Positions 20,675 to 31,263 are shown, counted from the stretch's first letter. The stretch is DNA of 64,000 nucleotides from an uncultured Alphaproteobacteria bacterium (GCA_963843435.1 CAWJKJ010000008.1:5306-69305), one strand, 5' to 3'. A program made the numbers and translations. Notes: generated by a model not told the origin, from the letters alone.

Positions 20675-21939
20675 TGATCACCTCGGCCGCCTTCATGGTC
20701 ATCATGCTGGTCGGCGTGCCGATCGGTATCTGTCTCTGCCTCGCCGGCTTCGTCTACATCATCGCGTCGGGCAATCCGGTGCTGTTTCAATCCTATCCGC
20801 TGCAGTTGTTTGGCGGCGTCGACAGCTACGGGCTGATCGCGATCCCGCTGTTCATTCTGATCGGCGAGATCATGAATGGCGGCGGCATCACCAGGCGCAT
20901 CGTCGACATGGCGATGGCCTTTGTCGGCTCGCTGAAAGGCGGGCTGGCTTACGTCAACATCCTCGCCAACATGTTCATCTCCTCGATCCTTGGCTCGGCG
21001 ACGGCGCAGGTCGCGATCATGGCGCAGATCATGGTCCCGGAAATGGAGAAGAAGGGCTACGACAAGACCTTCGCCGCCGGGTTGACCGCCTATGGCGGCA
21101 TGCTCGGCCCGATCATTCCGCCGTCGGTGATGTTCGTCGTCTACAGCGTGCTGGCGCAGGTCTCGGTCAGCGACATGCTGATTGCCGGCATCGTGCCGGG
21201 CGTGATCCTCACGGTGATGTTCTGCCTCGTCATCGCGCTGATGGGCTACATCTACAACTACCCAGGCGCCGAGTATCAGACCCCGCGGCAGCGCGTGGCG
21301 ACGATCCTGCGCACTTGCCCGACGCTGCTGATTCCGATCGTCATCGTCGGCTCGATCCTCGGTGGGCTGGCCAACGCGACGGAGTCCGCCGCCGTCGGCG
21401 CGGTCGCGGCCGCCCTGATCGGAAAATACTGGACCAGGGAGTTCGAATTCTCGCAGCTGCCGCAGATGATGCTGCGCGCCGGCATCTATTCGGCCATCGT
21501 GCTGTTTCTGGTCGCTGCCGCGGCCGTGTTTTCCTGGGTGCTCATCTTCGGCAAGGTGCCGCAGCAGACCGCGGCGTGGATCCAGACCGTTGCCAAGGAT
21601 CCGGTCAGCTTCATGCTGATCTGCAACGTCATCCTTCTGATCATCGGCACCGTGATCGACGGCATTCCCGGCCTGATCATGACCGTGCCGATCCTGCTGC
21701 CGGTCGCCACCGAGATCTATCACATCGATCCGCGGCACTTTGGCGTGGTCGTGGTGATCAATCTGGTGCTGGGGCTGCTGTCTCCGCCGGTCGGCCTTTG
21801 CTTTTTCGTCGCCGCCGCCGTCACCGGCGCCAAGCCCGGCAAGATGTTCATGGTGACGCTGCCGTTCTTCTTCATCTCCTGCGTCCTGCTGGTCCTGCTC
21901 TCGCTCTATCCGTCGCTGTCCCTCGTCCTCATCAAGTGA
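20674..21939 (+). CDS. TRAP transporter large permease (DctM)
   Basis: LIAIPLFILIGEIMNGGG, GSATA, GPIIPPS, ATESAAV, IDPRHFG, LSPPVG. Confidence 0.95.
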   Translation: MITSAAFMVIMLVGVPIGICLCLAGFVYIIASGNPVLFQSYPLQLFGGVDSYGLIAIPLFILIGEIMNGGGITRRIVDMAMAFVGSLKGGLAYVNILANMFISSILGSATAQVAIMAQIMVPEMEKKGYDKTFAAGLTAYGGMLGPIIPPSVMFVVYSVLAQVSVSDMLIAGIVPGVILTVMFCLVIALMGYIYNYPGAEYQTPRQRVATILRTCPTLLIPIVIVGSILGGLANATESAAVGAVAAALIGKYWTREFEFSQLPQMMLRAGIYSAIVLFLVAAAAVFSWVLIFGKVPQQTAAWIQTVAKDPVSFMLICNVILLIIGTVIDGIPGLIMTVPILLPVATEIYHIDPRHFGVVVVINLVLGLLSPPVGLCFFVAAAVTGAKPGKMFMVTLPFFFISCVLLVLLSLYPSLSLVLIK

Positions 21940-21964
21940 ACCGTCAAACTCAAGGAGTGTTGCC

Positions 21965-22948
21965 ATGACTATCTCCCGCCGCCGATTTCTTGCCGCGAGC
22001 GCGGCCGTGCCGCTGTTCGCGCCCTCGCTCGCATTGGCACAGGCCAAGGAATTCCGGCTCGGCCTCATCACGCCCAACGGACATTCCTGGAACAAGGCGG
22101 CGCTCAAGCTGGGCGACGATCTGAAGGCCGCCACCAATGGCCGCCTGACCATGACCGTGTTTCACTCCGGACAGCTCGGCAACGAACCGGCGATGATGCA
22201 GCAGCTGCAATCCGGCGCGCTCGATATGGGCTTTATCCAGGCCGCCGAACTGGGCTCGCGCGTCGCGCATATCGCGGCGATCAATGCGCCCTATATCGTG
22301 CGCTCGACTCCCGCCGTCGCCAAATTCGTCCGCCACCCCGCTGCCGTCAAACTGTTCGACGTGCTGCCGCAGGAAACCGGAACGATCGGTTTGGGCTGGG
22401 GCATCACCGGCATGCGCGCGATCTTCTCGGCGAAGGACCTGACGAGCCTCGCCGATATTCGCGGCATGAAGCTGCGCATCAATCCAACGCCGGTCTATCG
22501 CGATTTCTATCAGTCGCTCGGCGCAGCACCGACACCGATCCCGACGCCAGCGGTGTTCGACGCCATGTCGAATGGCCAGGTCGATGGGCTCGAGGCCGAT
22601 CTGGAATTCTCGTGGAACCAGCGCTTCGACAAGGTTTCCAAGGTCATTCTGCAGATGAACGCCGTCTTCATGCCGATGGCGGCGGTGGTCTCCGGTCGCG
22701 TATGGCAGTCTCTGCCGGCCGCCGACAAGGAGCTGATCACCAAGACGGTCAAGGCAACGCTTGATGCGCAGATCGACGAACTCGCCGGCAACGAGCCGAA
22801 GCTGATCGAGAACTTCCGCAATGCGCCGATCCCGATCCGGCAGGTTGCGGCCGCCGATACCGAGGCTGTGATCGCCGAGTTCGACAAGATCTGGCTGCCG
22901 AAGGCGCCGGTTCTCGCCGAGCTGCGCAAGGTCGGCGCGACGCTCTGA
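21965..22948 (+). CDS. TRAP substrate-binding protein (DctP) with Tat signal
   Basis: ISRRRFLA leader, SGQLGNE, DIRGMKLR, LGAAPTP, GQVDG. Confidence 0.93.
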   Translation: MTISRRRFLAASAAVPLFAPSLALAQAKEFRLGLITPNGHSWNKAALKLGDDLKAATNGRLTMTVFHSGQLGNEPAMMQQLQSGALDMGFIQAAELGSRVAHIAAINAPYIVRSTPAVAKFVRHPAAVKLFDVLPQETGTIGLGWGITGMRAIFSAKDLTSLADIRGMKLRINPTPVYRDFYQSLGAAPTPIPTPAVFDAMSNGQVDGLEADLEFSWNQRFDKVSKVILQMNAVFMPMAAVVSGRVWQSLPAADKELITKTVKATLDAQIDELAGNEPKLIENFRNAPIPIRQVAAADTEAVIAEFDKIWLPKAPVLAELRKVGATL

Positions 22949-23019
22949 CCCTCACTGCACGTCCTGTCCTGACAACGGTCGGCACGATCAACGTGCCGAC
23001 GATCAATCGGAGCTATTCA

Positions 23020-23946
23020 ATGAGTCCCCGCATTTCCTGGGAAGGCGTCTTCCCGGCTGTTACGACGCAATTCCATGACGACCTGTCGCTCGACATCGAC
23101 TCGACGGCGAAAGTCATGGACGGCTTGATCCGCGATGGCGTGTCCGGACTGATCGTCTGCGGCTCGGTCGGCGAGAACACGTCGCTGGAGCGCAAGGAAA
23201 AGGTCGCCATCATGGAAGCGGCAAAGTCGGTCGCGGCGGGCCGCGTGCCGGTGCTGTGCGGCATCGCCGAATTCACGACGGCCTTTGCCGTCGAAACGGC
23301 GAAGCAAGCCGCACGAGTCGGGATCGATGGCATCATGGTGATGCCCGCGCTGGTCTACTCGTCCAAGCCGCACGAGACCGCCGCGCACTTCCGCGCAGTC
23401 GCCTCGGCGACCGATCTGCCGGTGATGCTTTACAACAACCCGCCGATCTACAAGAACGACGTGACCCCCGACATTCTCGCCACGCTGGCCGATGTCGAAA
23501 CGGTGGTGTGCTTCAAGGACTCCTCGGGTGACACCCGCCGCTTCATCGATACGCGCAACATGGTCGGCGACCGCTTCGTGCTGTTCGCAGGCCTCGACGA
23601 CGTCATCGTCGAGAGCGTCGCCATGGGTGCGGTCGGCTGGGTGTCCGGCATGTCCAATGCGTTTCCGCGTGAGGGCGAGACGCTGTTTCGTCTCGCCAGG
23701 GCCGGTCGCTACGCCGAGGCCATGCCGCTCTACGAATGGTTCATGCCCCTGTTGCATCTCGATGCGCGGCCGGATCTCGTCCAGTGCATCAAGCTGTGCG
23801 AGCACATCATGGGCCGCGGCACAGCCTTGACTCGTCCGCCGCGCCTCGCGTTGTTGCCGCACGAAAAGACCGAGGTTGAGGGGCTCATGGCCAAGGCGCT
23901 CAGGCACCGGCCCATGTTGCCGGATGTCGGCCTGAAGGCAGCGTAA
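23020..23946 (+). CDS. DapA-like Schiff-base lyase, possibly pyrroline-4-hydroxy-2-carboxylate deaminase type
   Basis: GVFPAVTT, CGSVGE, LYNNP, FKDSSGD (catalytic Lys); GSVGE differs from the GTTGE of true DHDPS. Confidence 0.85.
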   Translation: MSPRISWEGVFPAVTTQFHDDLSLDIDSTAKVMDGLIRDGVSGLIVCGSVGENTSLERKEKVAIMEAAKSVAAGRVPVLCGIAEFTTAFAVETAKQAARVGIDGIMVMPALVYSSKPHETAAHFRAVASATDLPVMLYNNPPIYKNDVTPDILATLADVETVVCFKDSSGDTRRFIDTRNMVGDRFVLFAGLDDVIVESVAMGAVGWVSGMSNAFPREGETLFRLARAGRYAEAMPLYEWFMPLLHLDARPDLVQCIKLCEHIMGRGTALTRPPRLALLPHEKTEVEGLMAKALRHRPMLPDVGLKAA

Positions 23947-23960
23947 CCCCAGCAGACATC

Positions 23961-23988
23961 CGTCGCCGCGGCGCAAGCCGCGGCGACG
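23961..23988. terminator. 12-bp stem with GCAA tetraloop between convergent genes
   Basis: cgtcgccgcggc-gcaa-gccgcggcgacg. Confidence 0.7.
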
Positions 23989-24004
23989 TCGCCAACAGTC
24001 CCTT

Positions 24005-25789
24005 CTACAGATGCTCCCGAAAATGCGCCGCCACCGAGGCGTATGCCCGGCGCCGGTGATCCGGCCGGATAAAGCCGTGCCCTGCATAGGTGAAGCGCTC
24101 GTAGGCCACCTTCTTCTGCCGCAGCGCCAGGGCTTCGCTGAACTGCTCGCTTTCGTGCATGGGGACGCGCGGATCGCGGTCACCGTGCAGCAGCAGCATC
24201 GGCGCCACCACGCGGTCGATGTGATGGATGGGCGAGATTTTCCGGAACAAGTCGTCATTCGTGCCCGGGAAACCGTATTCGCGGGCGCGATGGTCGCGCC
24301 GCCAGGGCGCGGTGCGCTCCAACAGCGTGACGAAATCGGCGATGCCGTAGTAATTCACGGCGGCTTTCCAGAGATCCGGTTGCAGCGTGACCGCCGCCAG
24401 CACGGCCCAGCCGCCGTAAGATTGACCCATGATGCCGATGCGGTTGGGATCGATGTTCGGCTGAGCCGCGAGCCAGGCGCGACCGGTCGCGAGATCCTCC
24501 ATGAAATCCGGCCGCTTCTCCACCTCGTCGGCCAGCATAAAGGCACGGCCGTAGCCGGTGCTGCCGCGGGCATTGGGCATCAGCACCGCGAAGCCCTGGG
24601 ACAGCAGCATCTGAATGTCGGGGCGGAAATTGGCGCGGGTTTGCATGGCTGGACCGCCATGCACCCACATCACCGCCGGGAATCCGCCGGCAGGCGCGGG
24701 ACCGCGCGGTTGCGCGTACCAGCCGGCAATGCGCAGGCCATCGAAGCTCTCCCATTCCACCAGCATGGGTTCGATCAGGCTGTCCCGATCGATGCCGGAA
24801 GCGGCCATCGGGTCTACGCACGGAACAGGTGCAGCCCCCGCGCCGTTGCGCCACAGCCAGATGCCGGGCGGCGTGGTCGGCCCCTCGACGGTGAAGGCCA
24901 GCGCCGCATTGTCTGGCGCCCAGTTGAGATCGGCCACAATGCCGGCGGGCAAGCCGGTGACAACAGGCCGCTCGTGACCTGCGGGACCGATGCGCAGCAC
25001 CGCATAACCGCGATCATTCTCGACCGTCGCCAGCATTGTCTCATCAGGCGACAGCGACCAGGCTTCCACGTCGCGGCCTTGAGCCTCGAAGACCACGGTG
25101 CTGGTGCCGGTTTCCGGGTCGATGCGACAGAGGCGCATCATGTCCGCGCCGGCATCGCTCAATCCCATCAGCGCGGCGCCCTTCTCCACCCATCGCACTG
25201 AGGCAAAGCGCGCGGGCGCGGTGCGAGGTAAGGCGCGGGTGACGCCGGTGGCAGCGTCCATGATCCAGAGCCTGGAATCCGAGCTGCTATGATCCTCGAT
25301 CACCACCAGTCGCGCCATATCCTTGGTCCAGCCCGGCACGGTCAGAATGCTGCTGCCTTCCAGCAGGCGAGCGCGTGCGCCGGTGGCCAGATCCATCACG
25401 CTGATGTCGTAGAAGCGTTCGTCGCGGTCGTTTGCGGCGTAGGCGATACGTGCGCCATCGGCGGACCAGACGCCGAAATCATGGATCGCGTCGGGCGCTT
25501 CAGTCAGGGCGCGAGGCTCAGTGCCGGGTTCAAGCAGCCAGAATTGCTGCCGCTCGTCGCCACCGGCATCGATGCCCCAGATGAGCCGGTCATCGGTGGG
25601 GCATCGGCGCAGGAAAGCGACTTTCTCGTCGTGATGGCTCAATTGGCGGACATCGCCGCCATTCACATCCATGGCCCAGACCTGTCGCAGCCCGGCGCCG
25701 CGCAGATGGAATAGCGTGCGCCCGTCCTTCGAGAAGACGGGCGAGGTGGCGGCGCCGATTTTCACCCAGGCATCGGTTGGAACGGGCAT
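24005..25789 (-). CDS. S9 family peptidase (acylaminoacyl/prolyl oligopeptidase type), cytoplasmic
   Basis: Beta-propeller N-terminus; VHGGP, RGSTGYG, GQSYGG (Ser), DPRVP (Asp), GHGF (His). Confidence 0.94.
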   Translation of the reverse strand: MPVPTDAWVKIGAATSPVFSKDGRTLFHLRGAGLRQVWAMDVNGGDVRQLSHHDEKVAFLRRCPTDDRLIWGIDAGGDERQQFWLLEPGTEPRALTEAPDAIHDFGVWSADGARIAYAANDRDERFYDISVMDLATGARARLLEGSSILTVPGWTKDMARLVVIEDHSSSDSRLWIMDAATGVTRALPRTAPARFASVRWVEKGAALMGLSDAGADMMRLCRIDPETGTSTVVFEAQGRDVEAWSLSPDETMLATVENDRGYAVLRIGPAGHERPVVTGLPAGIVADLNWAPDNAALAFTVEGPTTPPGIWLWRNGAGAAPVPCVDPMAASGIDRDSLIEPMLVEWESFDGLRIAGWYAQPRGPAPAGGFPAVMWVHGGPAMQTRANFRPDIQMLLSQGFAVLMPNARGSTGYGRAFMLADEVEKRPDFMEDLATGRAWLAAQPNIDPNRIGIMGQSYGGWAVLAAVTLQPDLWKAAVNYYGIADFVTLLERTAPWRRDHRAREYGFPGTNDDLFRKISPIHHIDRVVAPMLLLHGDRDPRVPMHESEQFSEALALRQKKVAYERFTYAGHGFIRPDHRRRAYASVAAHFREHL

Positions 25790-26077
25790 GCGGTGTCCTT
25801 TTATGGAAGAGGCCGATGCTATTCGTCGGCCTCAATCCTTGCAACGAAGCCGGCCAGGCCCTCATGGCCAAATTGCGCAAGCACCAATCGAACGAACCAC
25901 AGCTCGGGATTGGCTTTGGCCCCTACGCCTTGGGCAGATCCTTGCGATCTGCTGTTCGACTGTCCGATCATGCGCCGTCGGCGTGCATCCACGGAATGGG
26001 AGAGATGCTCCACGCACATCCGCCCGCGCTCACAACCGCGCCTTCGTGAAGGCAGCCCCTGTCGGGTCGGACTGGCG

Positions 26078-26092
26078 TGGCGTGAAATTTGA
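26078..26092 (+). promoter_or_regulatory. possible sigma54 -24/-12 promoter of the dpp operon
   Basis: TGGC-gtgaaat-TTGA (one mismatch to TGGC-N7-TTGC), 35 bp before the ATG. Confidence 0.35.
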
Positions 26093-26127
26093 ATGCATAG
26101 TTTGCGTTTCAAAATTGGGAGAACGCT

Positions 26128-27741
26128 ATGGCTCGCGCCTTACGTGCCGCTGTTGCGTCCATCGTGCTGTTGCTGTCGGCTGGGGGTGCGCAGGCGGCCA
26201 CGCCGCGCGATACGCTGGTCATCGCGTGGAATCTGGATGCGTTGATCACCTTCGATCCGCCCCAGATCGGCGAGGTGAACGGGGCCGACATCATTGTGGG
26301 CAATGTCTGCTCCACGCTTGTGCAGTACGATCCGAAGGATACTTCCAAGATCATTCCGGGGACGGCGGAAAGCTGGTCCAGTTCGCCCGACGGGTTGACG
26401 CTGACCTTCAAGCTGCGGACCGACCTCAAATTCCCGGACGGCACGCCGGTGACCGCTGAGGATGCCGCGTGGTCGCTACAGCGGGCCGTGCTGCTGGGGT
26501 ATTTCGCCAGCGCGAACTTGACCCAATGGGGCTTCAACAAAGACCAGATCGCCGATCAGATCCAGGCTACCGACGCCTCTACGCTGGTTCTGAAGCTGTC
26601 GAAGCCTTACCCTGTGCCGCTGCTGCTGTCCGCCGCCTTCGCCAACAACAGCGTCGCCGTGATTCTTAGCAAGGCCGCCGGGCTGAAGAACGCGAAGACC
26701 GTAGATGGGAAGTCCGATCTGGCCAACGCCTTCTTCAAGACGGCGCCGGTTTGCGTTGGCCCGTACCGCGTCACGCGGTGGGACGCCAACGACGTCGTCA
26801 TCCTGGAGCGGAACGATAACTATTTCGGCGCCAAGCCTGGCCTGCGACGCGTCATCATCCGCCACGTGCCGGAATCCAGCGCGCAGCGGCTGCTACTGCA
26901 GAAGGGCGATATCGATGTGGCCCGCCTGCTGAACACGGACGATCTGAAGGCACTGCAGGCCAACAAGGACATCCATATTGAACAGACGTTGATGCAGGGC
27001 ATGAACTATCTCGCCTTGAACACCAACGACCCGATCCTGGGCAACCCGAAGGTGCGCGAAGCCATCCGCTATCTCATCGACTATGACGGGCTGGCCAACA
27101 CCATCCTGCCCTATAAGGGCAGGCCGCGCGCCGATCTGGTGCCGGAAGGCGCATTCGGCGCGCTCGATCGCAAAGAGGGACAGCCCTTCTCGCTGGACCT
27201 TGCGAAGGCCAGGCAATTGCTGACCGAGGCCGGCTATCCCGACGGCTTCAGCAAGAAGTTGATCCTGTCGGCCAACGACATTGCTCCGTCGATCGCCCAG
27301 CATATCGCCACTAACGCGGCCAAGGTCGGCATCAAGCTGGAGCTCGAGCAGATGGCCGATGCCAACTTGTTCACCCGCGGCCGCAACCGCGATTTCGAGG
27401 TGCAGTTGGTGGGCTGGTACGCCGGCTATCCGGATGCAGATGCCATGGTCTCCCGCCACGCCGCCAATCCGGACCCGCGGCTGGAGGCGAAGCTGGTGGG
27501 CCTTCCGGTGTGGCGGACGGGCTGGCAGAGCACCGACATCAACGCCAAGGCGGAAGCCGCACGGCTGGAGCAGGACCCGGTCAAACGGGCCGCCATCTAC
27601 AAGGATATCCAGCAGTACATGATGCACAACGGTCCGATGGCCTATATCTACCAGACCATCCGCCCGATCGCCGTCCGCACCTCCGTGAAGAACTTCGTGA
27701 TTGCGCCGTTCTCCGTGAACTATTCCAGCGCTTCGAAGTAA
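26128..27741 (+). CDS. dipeptide/oligopeptide ABC substrate-binding protein
   Basis: Signal peptide, TFDP, AESW, KFPDGTPVTAED, GPYRV, PKVREAI, LLTEAGYPDGF. Confidence 0.93.
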   Translation: MARALRAAVASIVLLLSAGGAQAATPRDTLVIAWNLDALITFDPPQIGEVNGADIIVGNVCSTLVQYDPKDTSKIIPGTAESWSSSPDGLTLTFKLRTDLKFPDGTPVTAEDAAWSLQRAVLLGYFASANLTQWGFNKDQIADQIQATDASTLVLKLSKPYPVPLLLSAAFANNSVAVILSKAAGLKNAKTVDGKSDLANAFFKTAPVCVGPYRVTRWDANDVVILERNDNYFGAKPGLRRVIIRHVPESSAQRLLLQKGDIDVARLLNTDDLKALQANKDIHIEQTLMQGMNYLALNTNDPILGNPKVREAIRYLIDYDGLANTILPYKGRPRADLVPEGAFGALDRKEGQPFSLDLAKARQLLTEAGYPDGFSKKLILSANDIAPSIAQHIATNAAKVGIKLELEQMADANLFTRGRNRDFEVQLVGWYAGYPDADAMVSRHAANPDPRLEAKLVGLPVWRTGWQSTDINAKAEAARLEQDPVKRAAIYKDIQQYMMHNGPMAYIYQTIRPIAVRTSVKNFVIAPFSVNYSSASK

Positions 27742-27746
27742 ATTCG

Positions 27747-28763
27747 ATGCATCTGTCGATACTCAAGGGGATCGCTCGGCAGGCGAGTTCGGTGTCGACA
27801 ACGCTGCTGGGCCTGCTCGCGCTGACCTTTTTCATGGGCCGCATGCTGCCGATCGATCCGGTGCTGTCCATCGTGGGCGATCAGGCGGACCAAGCCACCT
27901 ACGACATGGTGCACCGCCAGCTGGGCCTGGATAAGCCGCTTTACGTGCAGTTCTATCTGTATATGCGCTCGATGCTGTCAGGCGATTTCGGCAATGCGCT
28001 GTTCACCGGCCATCGCGTCGCCGACGACCTGTTGAGGGTGTTTCCGGCCACGGTCGAACTGGCAACCTTTGCCATCATGATCGGAGTGGGCATTGGCGTG
28101 CCGCTGGGCGTACTGGCGGCGGTGTATCGCGGCAGCATCATCGATCATGTCGCCCGCGTGGTCGGGCTGCTGGGCTATTCCAGCCCGACCTTCTGGCTGG
28201 GACTGATGGGGCTGATCCTGTTCTACGCGACCCTGGATTGGGTGGGTGGCCCCGGTCGTCTGGATGTGGCCTTCGTGGACAGTGTCCCGACCCGTACGGG
28301 CTTCATGACCATTGATGCGCTGTGGGAAGGCGACATGGACGTGTTCTGGAATGCGGTCAGCCATATCGTGCTGCCCGGCTGCATCCTGGGCTACGGCTCC
28401 ATGGCCTATATCAGCCGCATGACGCGCAGCTTCATGCTGGAGCAGCTGGCTCAGGAATATATCGTGGCGGCGCGGGTGAAAGGCCTGTCAAGCTGGGCGG
28501 TGATCCGCCGCCATGCCTTCCGCAACATCCTGGTGCAGCTCGTCACGGTCATCACGCTCGCCTACGCGTTCCTGCTGGAAGGCGCGGTGCTGACCGAGAC
28601 CGTGTTCGCTTGGCCTGGCTTCGGCCACTACCTTGTCGCCGGCCTGCTCGCGGGCGACATGAACGCCGTGCTGGCCTGTGTGCTGATCGTCGGCGTCATC
28701 TTCATCGGCCTGAACCTGATCACCGACCTGCTGTACCGTCTGCTGGACCCACGCACGCGATGA
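27747..28763 (+). CDS. peptide ABC permease DppB-like
   Basis: LPIDP, GDFG, FPATVEL, ARVKGL, TETVFAWPG, LDPR. Confidence 0.93.
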   Translation: MHLSILKGIARQASSVSTTLLGLLALTFFMGRMLPIDPVLSIVGDQADQATYDMVHRQLGLDKPLYVQFYLYMRSMLSGDFGNALFTGHRVADDLLRVFPATVELATFAIMIGVGIGVPLGVLAAVYRGSIIDHVARVVGLLGYSSPTFWLGLMGLILFYATLDWVGGPGRLDVAFVDSVPTRTGFMTIDALWEGDMDVFWNAVSHIVLPGCILGYGSMAYISRMTRSFMLEQLAQEYIVAARVKGLSSWAVIRRHAFRNILVQLVTVITLAYAFLLEGAVLTETVFAWPGFGHYLVAGLLAGDMNAVLACVLIVGVIFIGLNLITDLLYRLLDPRTR

Positions 28764-29662
28764 ACGCTACTTTCCGCATATGGCTGACCGCCGACGTCAC
28801 CACCTCGCCGTGGCAGGCGCGGCTGCAGCGGGCCTATTTCGGCTGGCGGCGCCTGAGCGGAAACCGGTTGACGATGTTCGGGCTAGCGGTGCTGGTGTTC
28901 CTGGTGATGGTTGCCGCGCTGGCGCCACTGATCGCGCCGGAGGGATACGATGCGCAAGACTTGGCGAGGCGGTTGGCCGCGCCCAGTGCGGCGCATTGGC
29001 TCGGCACCGACGATCTCGGACGCGACGTACTGGCACGCATGGTCTATGGCACGCGCGTCACGCTGATGATCGCCTGCCTGGTGGCGCTGATCGCGGCGCC
29101 GCTAGGCCTGCTGATCGGCACCGCTGCCGGGTATTTCGGCGGCTGGGTGGACATTGTACTGATGCGCATCAACGACGTCTTCCTGTCGTTTCCCGGCCTT
29201 ATCCTGGCGCTGGGCTTTGTCGCCGCGCTGGGGCCGGGCATCCGCAACGCCGTCATCGCCATCGCACTGACCGCCTGGCCACCCATCGCGCGACTGGCGC
29301 GGGCGGAGACGCTGACCTTGCGCAACGCCGACTACATCGCCGCCGTGCGCATCCAGGGCGCGTCTGCCTTACGCATCATCCTCCGCCATATCGTACCGAT
29401 GTGCCTGCCATCGGTCGTCGTGCGCATTACGCTCAACATGGCCGGCATCATCATCACAGCCGCCGGGCTGGGCTTCCTCGGCCTGGGAGCGCAGCCGCCG
29501 ATGCCGGAATGGGGCGCGATGCTCTCCAGCGGCCGCGCCCATCTGAGCGGGGCGTGGTGGATTTCCGCCGTGCCCGGCATCGCCATCCTGATCACCAGCC
29601 TCGCTTTCAACCTCCTGGGGGATGGGCTGCGGGACGTGCTGGATCCGAGGTCGGACTCGTGA
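28760..29662 (+). CDS. peptide ABC permease DppC-like
   Basis: HWLGTDDLGRD, LGLGAQPPMPEWG, FNLLGDGLRDVLDP; ATGA overlap. Confidence 0.93.
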   Translation: MNATFRIWLTADVTTSPWQARLQRAYFGWRRLSGNRLTMFGLAVLVFLVMVAALAPLIAPEGYDAQDLARRLAAPSAAHWLGTDDLGRDVLARMVYGTRVTLMIACLVALIAAPLGLLIGTAAGYFGGWVDIVLMRINDVFLSFPGLILALGFVAALGPGIRNAVIAIALTAWPPIARLARAETLTLRNADYIAAVRIQGASALRIILRHIVPMCLPSVVVRITLNMAGIIITAAGLGFLGLGAQPPMPEWGAMLSSGRAHLSGAWWISAVPGIAILITSLAFNLLGDGLRDVLDPRSDS

Positions 29663-30495
29663 CCGCGCAACTGGTGGTCGAGGATTTGCAAGTGCGCTTC
29701 CACACCGCGCGGCGAGTGGTGGAAGCAGTGCGCGGCGTGTCCTTCACAGTGGGGCGCGAGAAGGTGGGCGTTGTCGGCGAATCCGGTTCCGGCAAATCAA
29801 TGACCGCGCGGGCCATCCTGCGCCTGTCGCCGCCACAGGCGCGGGTGACGGCGAAGACGCTGCAATTCAATGAGATCGACCTGCTGGCCAGCACCGAGCG
29901 ACAAATGCTGAAAGTGCGGGGGCGGCGCATTTCCATGATCATGCAGGATCCGAAATTCGCGCTGGACCCGGTGATGCGCGTGGGCGACCAGATTGCCGAG
30001 GCCATCCCGGCCGAGCGCCGCGGCGGCCGCGCGCAGGATCGCGAGCGCGTGCTGGCCATGCTGGACTCCGTGCATATCCGCGACCCCAAGCGGGTGTTCG
30101 AGCTGTATCCGCATGAGGTCTCCGGCGGCATGGGCCAGCGCATCATGATCGCCATGATGCTGATGCCCGAACCATCTCTGCTGATCGCGGACGAACCGAC
30201 TTCCGCTCTGGACGTCACGGTGCGGATGCGCGTGCTGTCCATTCTCGACGAACTGGTGGCACAGCGCGACCTCGGCCTGATGTTTATCAGCCACGATCTC
30301 AACCTCGTCGCCTCGTTCTGCGACCGCGTGCTGATCATGTATGCCGGTCGCATCGTCGAGGAATGCGTGGCCAGCAAGTTGGCCCATGCGCAGCACCCCT
30401 ATACGCGCGGGCTGCTCGCATCCCTCCCCCGCGTGGGCGACACGCGCGCAAGGCTGCCGGTGCTGACGCGCGACCCGGCCTGGCTGTCCTCGTGA
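29659..30495 (+). CDS. peptide ABC ATPase DppD-like
   Basis: [31 protein letters not shown]; GTGA overlap. Confidence 0.93.
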   Translation: MTAQLVVEDLQVRFHTARRVVEAVRGVSFTVGREKVGVVGESGSGKSMTARAILRLSPPQARVTAKTLQFNEIDLLASTERQMLKVRGRRISMIMQDPKFALDPVMRVGDQIAEAIPAERRGGRAQDRERVLAMLDSVHIRDPKRVFELYPHEVSGGMGQRIMIAMMLMPEPSLLIADEPTSALDVTVRMRVLSILDELVAQRDLGLMFISHDLNLVASFCDRVLIMYAGRIVEECVASKLAHAQHPYTRGLLASLPRVGDTRARLPVLTRDPAWLSS

Positions 30496-31250
30496 TCACC
30501 GTAAAAAACCTGCGCGTCGGCTTCGGCGCGATGCGCGCGGTGGACGACGTTTCCTTCCACGTGGACGCTGAGGAGACATTCGGCTTGGTCGGCGAATCCG
30601 GCTGCGGCAAATCCACACTGCTGCGCGTGCTCTGCGGCCTGAACCGCGACTGGCAGGGCGAGATTACCATCGCCGGCGAGGTCATCACGCCCAACCGCAG
30701 CCGCGCCTTCTTCAAGAGCGTGCAGATGGTATTTCAGGACCCCTACGGCTCCCTGCACCCGCGCCACAGCGTGAACACCGTGCTGACCGAGCCGCTCTCC
30801 ATCCATCGCATGGACCGCGCTGATGCGCGCGTCGCCGAGATACTTGATCAGGTAGGTCTTGGCGCCGCTTTCCGCTACCGCTACCCGCACCAGCTCTCCG
30901 GCGGCCAGCGCCAACGCCTGGCCATCGCCCGCGCACTGATCCTGGAGCCAAAAGTGCTGCTGCTGGATGAACCGACCTCGGCGCTGGACGTATCGGTGCA
31001 GGCGGAAATTTTGAACTTGCTGTCGGAAATCCGGCAAACCCGGAGGTTGACCTGTATCCTGGTCAGCCACGATTTGGCGGTGATCTCGTATATGTGCCAG
31101 CGGATTGGCGTTATGAACAACGGCAAGATCCTCGAAGAGTTATCGGCCACACAACTGAACAGCAACACCGGCCACCATCGCTACACCGTGCAGTTACTGA
31201 CCGCGAGCCGGGGCTATGACCATGCGCTCGCAAAGGAGTTGCCTGACTGA
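30492..31250 (+). CDS. peptide ABC ATPase DppF-like
   Basis: [31 protein letters not shown]. Confidence 0.93.
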   Translation: MITVKNLRVGFGAMRAVDDVSFHVDAEETFGLVGESGCGKSTLLRVLCGLNRDWQGEITIAGEVITPNRSRAFFKSVQMVFQDPYGSLHPRHSVNTVLTEPLSIHRMDRADARVAEILDQVGLGAAFRYRYPHQLSGGQRQRLAIARALILEPKVLLLDEPTSALDVSVQAEILNLLSEIRQTRRLTCILVSHDLAVISYMCQRIGVMNNGKILEELSATQLNSNTGHHRYTVQLLTASRGYDHALAKELPD

Positions 31251-31263
31251 CGACGGACGCGCC

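Noticed and set aside
23020-23946. Calling the lyase dapA (lysine biosynthesis)
   Set aside because: GSVGE instead of GTTGE and a catabolic TRAP/GntR context indicate a paralog
25809-25833. Hairpin just upstream of the S9 peptidase RBS as a riboswitch
   Set aside because: Single simple stem with no recognisable aptamer consensus
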